Below are positions 30,899-39,292 of a DNA stretch of 64,000 bases, in pieces. Source of the stretch: an uncultured virus (IMG/VR IMGVR_UViG_3300046675_000098) (lineage: Duplodnaviria; Heunggongvirae; Uroviricota; Caudoviricetes); the IMG/VR virus record IMGVR_UViG_3300046675_000098. One strand, written 5' to 3'. Every line of letters begins with the position of its first letter. Within the stretch, counting starts at the first letter, position 1. A model generated the notes under the pieces. It was not told the DNA's origin, searched no databases, and saw only the letters and a list, made by a program, of their open reading frames with translations. The position numbers and the translations under genes were made by a program.

Positions 30899-32152
30899 TC
30901 ATGAAGGCCACGCTTTCGTAAAGATGTTCTGCTTCATGTCCCGGTAGATCTGGTACTTGGTACCACTTGTGGCCTGCCACCCAAAGCTGTCCTCTCGACC
31001 GTCGCCGGTCTTGCGGTCGATGGCACAGAACCAGAAGAACGGGCCGAGACGGTTGGCGTACTGGTTGAGGCAGCCACCGGGGAGGTAGGCGTTGAGCGCA
31101 TCCTGAGCCCGCTGTGACTGCGTGGCCTGATTGCCACCCACGGCGCTACGGGGACAACCGGTCTCGGTGGTCCACAAGCTCACGCCCCGCCCTGGTGCGT
31201 ACTTGTCGATGATGGCGAGCGCCGCCGCCACTGCCTTGGGTGACCATGACGGCCAGTTACCCACGTCCTTGCACGCCGTGTCGGTGTCCAAGTACGGGTG
31301 CCAACCGACAGCATCGCAGGCCGAGAACAGACCTTTCTGGCCGTAGCTCTCGATGGTGGACAACGCGCCACACCCTGGCGGGGACGGCTGGCCGGTGGAC
31401 TGGAACACCGTGTCGGCCGTGGACAGGCCTCCGCTCACGACGATCATCTGAGGCACTGACGCCTTGATCGCCGGGTAGGCAGCCTTCATCATGCGCGTGT
31501 ACTTGCCTCGGTAGGCGTCATCCGTGGACGGCTGGCCGGTCCAGAAGCCGGAGAGATTCTGCTCGTTCCACAACTCGATGGCGGTCACGCCCATGTTCCA
31601 CAGGTGCCCCGCCGCCTTGCTGCACCAGTCGGCATAGTCCCCGTCGTTGGTGGGCGGGTTCTTGTCGTTGGACGCCCCGTTCATCCATTGAGGCAACATG
31701 TACAGAATCGGTAGAGGCTTGATTCCGCGGGTCAGGGCCACTTGGACCCAGCGGTCAGTGTCGGCCCAGTTGTAGACGCCCTTCTGCGGGGACACCTGGC
31801 GCACCGGGTAGTCACCACGCCACCAGCCCGCGCCGACGTCCTTGATTATGTCGCCCTGTTGGGCCAGGAAGTCAGACGGCACGCCCTGCACCTGCTCTAG
31901 CGGCATGGAGAACGCGCCATAGCGCTGGCCGAGAGTCTGTGTGGTCGTGGGCGGCTGGATCGGGGGCTGGATGGGCGGCTCAACCGGGGGTGTGACGGGC
32001 GGCTTGTACGCCGCTAGGGCGTCAGCGTCGGCATTGATCGCCGCCGCTGCGTTGTTGACGTTGGTCGCCTGTTGAGTCAGGGCGGTGCCGACGTTGGTTA
32101 GGGCGGTGGCCTGCTTACGCAGGTCATCGATGACTGGTTGCAGGTCACTCAT
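30899..32152 (-). CDS. Clan-A glycoside hydrolase (GH5/GH39-like) with N-terminal coiled coil and Pro linker
   Basis: Acid/base ELWNEQN, nucleophile WTTETG, DAVGWHPY, YNWADTD. Confidence 0.8.
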   Translation of the reverse strand: MSDLQPVIDDLRKQATALTNVGTALTQQATNVNNAAAAINADADALAAYKPPVTPPVEPPIQPPIQPPTTTQTLGQRYGAFSMPLEQVQGVPSDFLAQQGDIIKDVGAGWWRGDYPVRQVSPQKGVYNWADTDRWVQVALTRGIKPLPILYMLPQWMNGASNDKNPPTNDGDYADWCSKAAGHLWNMGVTAIELWNEQNLSGFWTGQPSTDDAYRGKYTRMMKAAYPAIKASVPQMIVVSGGLSTADTVFQSTGQPSPPGCGALSTIESYGQKGLFSACDAVGWHPYLDTDTACKDVGNWPSWSPKAVAAALAIIDKYAPGRGVSLWTTETGCPRSAVGGNQATQSQRAQDALNAYLPGGCLNQYANRLGPFFWFCAIDRKTGDGREDSFGWQATSGTKYQIYRDMKQNIFTKAWPS

Positions 32153-32178
32153 GCAACCGAACCGTAACACGTCACCAC

Positions 32179-33749
32179 TTACCCCTCAGCGACCAGCCGT
32201 TCAGCCTCCACGAACAGATCCAGGTCGAAGATGCGTACCAGGTGGAAGGCCCGACACAGGTCGCCGCCGTCCTCGTCAACGATGATCCGGTTGTGATCGC
32301 CCTTGACCATGGCATCGATGGCGTCGCGGCAGTCCGGGATGGCGTTGGGGCACTCCATCGCCCACGTCATCCACCACGTGAGCGCATGCTCGGTGCCCTT
32401 GAACAGGATCATCTCGGGCAGGAGTTGAGCCAGCGGGTGTTCAGTCATCCGTCCAGCCTCTTGCACGTGGCGCATTCCGGAGCATCTGATGCGGTGCCCT
32501 TCCACGTGGAGTACGTGATGAGCACGCCACACAGGGTCAGTTCAGCACCACCAGGGATACCACGGACGTGGTGAGCGGCGACGTGCTGCTCAGTTGCCAG
32601 GCCCTCGGCATTGACCGAGACGTCGGGGTAGTTGACCGTAGTCATGACGTCAGGTAGTTCACGACGATGTTGCGGGCGTCGGGCCACTCGATCTCGACCT
32701 GCTCGGCGTAGACAGCAGCCGTGATCTCATCGGAGAAGGGCACCGAGAAGTGCTCAGGCCCAGCGAAGTGCGGACCATCGATGGAGAAGGTGACGGAGTG
32801 GGTGGGAGGCATGGTCTCAGTCTACTCCCTCTGTTGAGTCATCACCATGGGTCATTCGGCCCTCCGTGGTCTGCGCGCCATACCTCGTAACGAGCCTTGA
32901 CGATCACCAGGACTGTCAGTGTCAGTGCACTCAACAGCGCGATGCGCTTCATATCGTGCCCCTGAGCATCACACTCTTGACCGTGACCGTTATCTCGGGA
33001 CTCAGATCTTCGGCCTCAGCAGCGATGGCCTCGGCCAGAGTGTTGATGTTGAGCGTCGGCTCGTCAGGATTGGGCGGCTCGTGATGCACCACCCGCAGCG
33101 TCACCTCGTACTCGTAATCGTGCGCCTTCATGCGTACGGGCCGCTCGGATTGTACGGGCGCACCGTCACGTCACCAGGCTTGTCCCACACCACGGTCCCT
33201 GATTCCAGGTCCAGGATGTACGGGGCATTGTCCCACGTGGGCGACTCCATCCAGTCGGTGAGCCGCAGAGCATCGTCAGGCGCGAAGCCCTGACGCTCCA
33301 TGGTGCGGCGAAGGGACGCCCGCCGCCATGCCTTACGAAACGTCTGACGCTTGCCCATGCTCTGTCCCTCTCGTCTCTTTGACCCACCCTGCCCACCAGG
33401 ACAGAGCATCGTACAGGTTCGGTACCTCGGGGAAAGTCTCGGGGTGACCGAACCAGGTGGAGCGGACCACGCTATTGCCGTGCACGTCGTAGCCCTTGAA
33501 GATGGCGACGTAGTCACTGGTCGTGACCGTCTTGGCCCGGTGGAACAGCGACCGGCGCACGTCCACCAGCCACGCGTACTCGTAGTCGAAGTCAGCGAAC
33601 GCCTGTACCCACATCCACGTGGTGTCGTCCACTCGGGTGCCCTCGGCCGGTTGCACGGCAGCCAGCTTGTTCAGGATGCCCGCTAGCTCGTCGTTCACCA
33701 GATCGGTGCCGTGGATGGCCCGACGTTGGGCCGCAGTAGCAGTCATCAC
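32179..33749 (-). other. Run of small hypothetical CDS (32179-32448, 32445-32645, 32642-32812, 32949-33131, 33128-33358, 33333-33749)
   Basis: Overlapping start/stop junctions. Confidence 0.55.
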
Positions 33750-33870
33750 CGCCCCAATCTAAAGACGGTGATGACGAGAGCGAGCAGAGAGACCGGACGG
33801 ACCCGCCGCTGCTCACGGTACCGGAGCGCTCGGGGCTGCTTCCGCAGCCGCATGGGAGGCATGGGGAGCA

Positions 33871-34674
33871 TCAGACGGCCACCTTCCCCTTGTTGGCGTT
33901 GATGGACGCCATGAGGTCGGACAGGAGGTCAGGACCGGACGGCTGTGCGTCAAGGACCACCGCAGGCTCGACACCCGCCGCCTTGTTGTCCACGTAGGTC
34001 TGGATGGCCTGCGACGTGGTATCGACCAGTACCGGGGCGCTCACGCCCACGCTCTCGATCAGCGCCAGAGCAAGGTCGCTCTCCTGCTTGCTCACGGTCG
34101 CCGTGGGCAGATCGATGGGCTGGCGGATGGCGTCGGCCGTGACCACGTACCGGAGGTCCCCGGCGCAGTCCAGGATGGCGTACCGGGCCGGTCCCCGCAT
34201 GGCGAGCTTCACCAGCGCGACCACCTTGCGCTCCTTCATGGCAGCGAGCAACAGCGTCAGCGCCTTGACACCGGACGGGTCCGACTTGCCCTTCACCCGG
34301 CGTGGCCTGATCTGGTACAGGCCTTCCGTGAGGTACTGGCCCAGGTTGCGGGTCTGGATGAACGTCTCGATGACGGCGATGCCCTTCGGCATGGTTGCGT
34401 CAACGATCTCGTCGTCGTCCAGCGTCACCCACGCACCGGACGTTGCCTCAGCACGGCGCACCACGTCAGCGCGATCGATGATGACACCGGTCGTCTTGTT
34501 GGTGAGCGCACGGCCCACCGGCTGCCAGGCGCCCTCAGCGTCCTTGGTGAACTCCTTGCGGGCGATCCGCACTTCCTCGGTGCCGGTGTAGGCCGAGACC
34601 GGAATGTTGAGCAGACCCCAGGAGATGGTGAAGGAGGTTGTGGCCCGGTTGGGAGTGGGGGCGATTGCTTTCAT
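33871..34674 (-). CDS. ku: Ku-like DNA end-binding protein
   Basis: TISWGLLNIPVSAY N-terminus, WVTLDDDEI, ALVKLAMRG, ESDLALALIES, DLLSDLMASI C-terminus. Confidence 0.85.
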   Translation of the reverse strand: MKAIAPTPNRATTSFTISWGLLNIPVSAYTGTEEVRIARKEFTKDAEGAWQPVGRALTNKTTGVIIDRADVVRRAEATSGAWVTLDDDEIVDATMPKGIAVIETFIQTRNLGQYLTEGLYQIRPRRVKGKSDPSGVKALTLLLAAMKERKVVALVKLAMRGPARYAILDCAGDLRYVVTADAIRQPIDLPTATVSKQESDLALALIESVGVSAPVLVDTTSQAIQTYVDNKAAGVEPAVVLDAQPSGPDLLSDLMASINANKGKVAV

Positions 34675-34738
34675 GTCTCTATTCTACTCTTTCCGTTCCT
34701 TGTACGTATGGGCCGTTCGTACCATTTGGTACCGCCCC

Positions 34739-35785
34739 TCACCCGAATGGTGAGGGGCTGTCGGCGAAGTTGTCGCCAGAGCCAGTGAGCGGGTGCCGGT
34801 TGTCGGCAGCGTTCGCGATCAGGCCCTTGAACGACCGGGACTCGACAATCTCATCGAACACCAGTTTCTCGTCGGCCGTGAACATGGAGCGCAGGACGAA
34901 CAGCGCCATGTCAACGCCATCCTCGATCACGTCTGAGCAGACCCGCATGAGCGCGCTGGTACCAACTGGCGTCCGGATATGGCCGGTGGCCCTCGCCTGG
35001 CGCAGAGCGTCACCCAGCGTGCGAACCGCATCGTTAGGGATCAGCCGGTGCTCGACCGTGGGATCGTAGGCCCATTCCAGGTGCCGGAACCGGTTGGCGA
35101 AGGCCTCATTCAGCGCACCCGCGCCCCGGTAGTTGGGGTTCATGGTGCCGACGATCCACAGGTCGGGACTGATGTGCACGGTCTCAGGCATGAAGCCGTC
35201 GCCGGGGACCTTGACGGCCTTGGCCCGGTTGGTGAACGAACGCCGCCAGTCGGCCATGGGATGCAGGGAGGACGTGACCCGCTCCGGCATCATGTTCACT
35301 TCGTCCAGGTAGAAGATGCCGCCGATCCTGGCAGCCATGTCAGCGATGCCGGGGAGCCAGACGATCTGCTCCTGGCCGGTCTCGGGATTGGTCCAGGCCG
35401 TGGGTTGACCGAACATGTCGAAGTCGGTGATGCCGTTGCTGGCCGAGAGGGTGAACACCGGGACCGGGAGCACCTTGCCATCACGGTTCAGGCCCATGGC
35501 CTCCCCGATGTGGATGGCGAGGACGTTGACGAGCATCGTCTTGCCACCCTGCGTGTCGCCCACCAGCAGGACGTTCTCCCGGCTGGCCCACTTCGCCAAC
35601 AGGTACTCGACGTCAGTCTTGCCATTGGGCAGCTTGCGACTCACGTACTCCTGCACCAGCGCCGGATCGGGCCGGAACATGTCGAGACGAGGGTCATCGA
35701 TGGTCAGCGCGACCGATTCCTCGTGCGTCACCGTCAGGTGGCGGGGAGCGGTGCGCTTCATCACTTTGGTGGGCTGCTCGGTCAC
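34739..35785 (-). CDS. MoxR/CobS-type AAA+ ATPase
   Basis: LVGDTQGGKT, FYLDEVN, GTMNPNYRG..LNEAFANRF. Confidence 0.9.
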   Translation of the reverse strand: MTEQPTKVMKRTAPRHLTVTHEESVALTIDDPRLDMFRPDPALVQEYVSRKLPNGKTDVEYLLAKWASRENVLLVGDTQGGKTMLVNVLAIHIGEAMGLNRDGKVLPVPVFTLSASNGITDFDMFGQPTAWTNPETGQEQIVWLPGIADMAARIGGIFYLDEVNMMPERVTSSLHPMADWRRSFTNRAKAVKVPGDGFMPETVHISPDLWIVGTMNPNYRGAGALNEAFANRFRHLEWAYDPTVEHRLIPNDAVRTLGDALRQARATGHIRTPVGTSALMRVCSDVIEDGVDMALFVLRSMFTADEKLVFDEIVESRSFKGLIANAADNRHPLTGSGDNFADSPSPFG

Positions 35786-35965
35786 TGTCGTCCTCTCGTC
35801 TCAGGTTCGATGCCCATTCTAGCAAGGTCCCGTACCAGGTGCATGGGCCGAAAGCACCATTCTGTTGACTCACTACTCTCTCACGTGTTGACTCACCCAC
35901 CACCAGAGCCGAAATAGGTCTCCCGGCCCATGTAGTGGGTACGGTACCCTGCTAGACTGGTGCTC

Positions 35966-37954
35966 ATGACCGAACCAGACGCCACCCGCACGCTGCGGGA
36001 CGTGAGGCGGCAGCAGGCCAGTGAGCGCCGCCGCCTGAAAGAACAGCAGCAGCGGACCCGAGAGCGGATGGATGCCGTCTCGGACAAGATGAGCACTGAA
36101 CAGGCTGAGCGCATCCGCCGCCACAACGCCGTGGTAACGGGCATGGTGCCCCGCATCACCGGGGCCGTGGACTCGTGGGCAGGCAAGCGCGTGCCCATGA
36201 ACGTCCAGCACCCGGCCAGCCGGTTCTTCGCCGCTACGGACTTTGAGCGCATCACGCTCATGATCCCCGAGACCGAGACCATCGACCTGGACTTTGCGGC
36301 TGACCTGCGTGGACTGGCGTATCACGAGGCCGGACACATCTTGAAGTCGGTCCCCTTCGCCACGCTGGTCAACGCCGTCATGCCTCTCGATGAGAACGTG
36401 GCGAGCCACAGCAACCGCATGCGGAGCCTTTCCAAGATGGTCGATCTGGACCAGGACAAGCTCCACCAGGCGTGGAACGTGCTGGAAGATCAGCGCATGG
36501 AGTCGGCCATGGTGCGGGAGAGCACCAACCTCGGCCGGTACTACAACGTGATCGTCTTGGAGCACGTGCTGCACGGCGGGGTGTCTGACATTGCCTACAT
36601 GTGGGTCTACGGGCGCAAGCACGTGGATGCCGACGTGCGGGCGGCGGCTCGCGCCGCCATGGTCGTCCAAGAGGGTGAGGCAACGGTCCAAGCCGCTGAG
36701 CGCCTGATCGACACGTACAAGCAGTCCAACGACCCGCTCGTCATGTGGGAGTCGGTCGTCAAGTTCGGTCAACTCATCGGGCACTGCTCGAATGGCGGCG
36801 ACCTGGGCAACGGGGCCATGGATGACCATGAGGAAGCCCGCAACCCCGAACCCAAGCCGTTCGACCTTGATGAGTCAACGGAGCCGTCACCAGAGCCAGA
36901 CAGTGAAGGCGAGTGCGACGGCGACGGCGGTGACGGTGAAGATGAGGAAGGCACCGGAGCGCCCGGTGGCGACGGTGACGACAACGACAGTGAGGATGAC
37001 GCTGAGGGTCAAGAGGGTGGTGACACCGCTGACCGCCAGGCTCACGGCGATCCCGATGCCTTCCAAAGCGACACCGGAGCGTCCAAGAGCGTCAACGATG
37101 CCGATTGGAGCCGCCGCCTGGTGACTGACGCTCTCAACAAGGCGAGGGAGTCGCGCAACCGGGACGGGAACGTGCTGGGTGACGTCAAGGCGTACAACCA
37201 AGCCGTGTCCGAGGGCCGGGGGAAACTCCCGGTGGCACGCATCCCCTACACCGTAGAGCCTGACGCCATGGTGACCAGCCAGGCCGTCAAGCTGAATCAG
37301 GCTCTCCGCAACCTCATGGAGCAGGCGCGTGCTGAGTCATCGCCCACGTGGCAGACGCAGCAGCGGGCGGGCGTGCTCGACGTGCGGGCGTACATCACCC
37401 GCCAGCCTGGCGAGATGGAGTTCTACAAGCGCTACGCCGAGGGCGGCGACATGCACCTGCCGAACATGGCGGTGAGCCTGTTGCTTGACGGGTCATCCTC
37501 CATGGATCACCAGGCCCAGCGCCTAGCCATCGCCGCGTTCGGCGTGAAGTCGGCCTGTGACGTGGTGGGCGTGCCCTGCACCGTCACGGTCTACGACACC
37601 GATGCGTACCTGTTGTGGGATGACGAGGATCGTCCGATGGACGTGCCGTACAACATCCTCCCCAGCGGTGGTACCGATCCGAAGCGGGTGCTCGACCTGC
37701 TCGACATGCAGAAGTGCGACAAGGCCAACCACCTGGTCATCATCATGACTGACGGTGCCTGGTCACACCAGTGGCAGACGTCGCTCTCGCTGGCGCACTA
37801 CGCCGCCGCCGACCGGGACATGGTCCTGTTCTACCTGGACTGTGACCCGGCGTACGGGCCGCAGGGCACCGACACGTGCTCGCTGGTGCAGCGCATCGAT
37901 GACCTACAGGAGATTCCCCGGTTCCTGATGCGCTACCTCGTACGGGCGATGTAA
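35966..37954 (+). CDS. vWA-domain partner of MoxR (CobT-like: HExxH region, acidic linker, vWA)
   Basis: YHEAGH, NVLEDQRME, D/E/G-rich linker, MIDAS LLDGSSSM, GGT, IMTDG. Confidence 0.88.
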   Translation: MTEPDATRTLRDVRRQQASERRRLKEQQQRTRERMDAVSDKMSTEQAERIRRHNAVVTGMVPRITGAVDSWAGKRVPMNVQHPASRFFAATDFERITLMIPETETIDLDFAADLRGLAYHEAGHILKSVPFATLVNAVMPLDENVASHSNRMRSLSKMVDLDQDKLHQAWNVLEDQRMESAMVRESTNLGRYYNVIVLEHVLHGGVSDIAYMWVYGRKHVDADVRAAARAAMVVQEGEATVQAAERLIDTYKQSNDPLVMWESVVKFGQLIGHCSNGGDLGNGAMDDHEEARNPEPKPFDLDESTEPSPEPDSEGECDGDGGDGEDEEGTGAPGGDGDDNDSEDDAEGQEGGDTADRQAHGDPDAFQSDTGASKSVNDADWSRRLVTDALNKARESRNRDGNVLGDVKAYNQAVSEGRGKLPVARIPYTVEPDAMVTSQAVKLNQALRNLMEQARAESSPTWQTQQRAGVLDVRAYITRQPGEMEFYKRYAEGGDMHLPNMAVSLLLDGSSSMDHQAQRLAIAAFGVKSACDVVGVPCTVTVYDTDAYLLWDDEDRPMDVPYNILPSGGTDPKRVLDLLDMQKCDKANHLVIIMTDGAWSHQWQTSLSLAHYAAADRDMVLFYLDCDPAYGPQGTDTCSLVQRIDDLQEIPRFLMRYLVRAM

Positions 37955-37991
37955 TCGTGACTCAACACCCACTGACACTGACAGGCAGGCC

Positions 37992-38405
37992 ATGAACAGC
38001 GACACGGCAGGACTCATCCTCAACGTCTACCTCATCATGCGGCGGCACCAACGGGTACTAGCCGCTACCGGGGACAACCGTCTGGCGAACAAGGCCGCAT
38101 GGCACACCTACGGGCTGATCTGGCTAGCCGGGTGGGCGTTCATCGCCCCTCTCGGCTGCCTGTTCCTGGCCCTGTTCTCACCGGGCTTCCTGGTGGCCGC
38201 AGGCATCCTCGCGCTGCTCATCCCGGTCTGGTTCTACGCCTGGTCGGCTGATCGTCGCTGGGAGGCCACGCTGAGTGCTCAGGCCATCGAACCGCCGCCG
38301 ATCCCTGAGCAGTACCCCATGAGTGCCCCTGAGCGCACCATCACCCAGCCGGTGCTCACGGCGTTCTACCGGCCACCGGCCAAGCAGATCAGGTCGGCTC
38401 GATGA
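37992..38405 (+). CDS. Membrane protein
   Basis: Two hydrophobic helices. Confidence 0.65.
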   Translation: MNSDTAGLILNVYLIMRRHQRVLAATGDNRLANKAAWHTYGLIWLAGWAFIAPLGCLFLALFSPGFLVAAGILALLIPVWFYAWSADRRWEATLSAQAIEPPPIPEQYPMSAPERTITQPVLTAFYRPPAKQIRSAR

Positions 38406-38491
38406 GCCGAATGGCTCTGTCGTGACTCACCAGGAGCCGTGTATACTGAGTCAACACAGAACCTCTAGGACAGGATGGAGCACAAGACGAG

Positions 38492-38905
38492 ATGGCAACG
38501 ATTCTCAGATCGTATGACTGGTCACAGGTCAGCCGAGCCAACAAGCGGGCCAGGAGCCGGAGCTACCCCTGGGATGACTGGTTCGATGGCCGCATCTGGC
38601 AGCTAGAGCCGAGGGTGGACTTCGATGGTCCTGCCGTCAGCTTGGAGCGGGTCATCCGGACATCGGCCAACCGTCGCGGTATCAAGGTCCGCATCCGCAT
38701 CGATGGCGACGTCGTCGTCGTGCAGCGCCATGAGGACGGCGATCCCTTCCGGACGATCACCAAGTCCCCGAGCTTGAAGTCGATCAAGGCGGCGAAGGAG
38801 GCCGAGACGAACGGCCACAAGCCCGAGCCGGTCAAGGTCTCGGCCACGAAGAAGGTCGCTCCCGCCACGCCTCGTAAGCGCGTGTTGAAGCGCGTGAGCG
38901 TCTAG
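38492..38905 (+). CDS. Hypothetical basic protein
   Basis: YPWDDWFDG motif, Lys-rich tail, own promoter cassette. Confidence 0.7.
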   Translation: MATILRSYDWSQVSRANKRARSRSYPWDDWFDGRIWQLEPRVDFDGPAVSLERVIRTSANRRGIKVRIRIDGDVVVVQRHEDGDPFRTITKSPSLKSIKAAKEAETNGHKPEPVKVSATKKVAPATPRKRVLKRVSV

Positions 38906-38940
38906 TACCACCCAGCCTCCCCTAGTAAGAGGGGGCGTGT

Positions 38941-39175
38941 AGAAGCCAGGAACCCGCAACCGCATTTGACCCGAAGCACCGCCCACCGGACTCACAGAGT
39001 CCAGGGCACCGCTGGCAGGCACAACCGGGCGCGTAAGTGTTCCTGGCTTCTTGCGTTGTCAGTGTCAGTGCGTGCTATGGTCCCGTACCAGGTGCAAGGG
39101 CTGTCCGATCCCTCCACCAAGGGTCGTGCTCCCCAGCTAAGGACTACCGCCAGTCCGAGACGGCCCTTGCACCTG
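38941..39175 (+). ncRNA. Two adjacent putative structured elements
   Basis: Closing stems AGAAGCCAGGAAC/GTTCCTGGCTTCT (38941-39050) and CAGGTGCAAGGGCTGTC/GACGGCCCTTGCACCTG (39089-39175) with internal hairpins. Confidence 0.45.
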
Positions 39176-39292
39176 CAAGAGTGGAGCGTTGAGTCAACAA
39201 GATGGGCCGAATGGCCCATGTCAGGGTGGTACCACCGGGTGTATACTGGTCCTTGAACCTGAGGAAACCATCCCCACTGAAAGGGCCAGCAC

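Larger units (their letters stand above)
19823..39247. promoter_or_regulatory. Family of 23 repeated promoter cassettes (inverted repeat + GTTGASTCAAC + TANNNT -10, mostly leaderless)
   Basis: First base of the inverted-repeat 4-nt centre. Minus-facing: 19869, 20821, 21257, 21960, 22562, 23048, 23313, 23819, 24357, 25269, 25956, 26540, 27399, 28148, 29179, 30320, 30716, 32854, 34715, 35850. Plus-facing: 35921, 38409, 39209. 22 of 23 are 28-29 nt from a TANNNT hexamer. Several copies are degenerate. Confidence 0.88.

Noticed and set aside
35873..36829. Long antisense ORFs (also 34979-35917, 41780-42745, 59705-60652 and others)
   Set aside because: These are shadow frames of well-supported genes, expected in high-GC DNA.
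39089..39175. Hammerhead ribozyme
   Set aside because: The three-helix layout is present, but there is no CUGAnGA/GAAA core on either strand.
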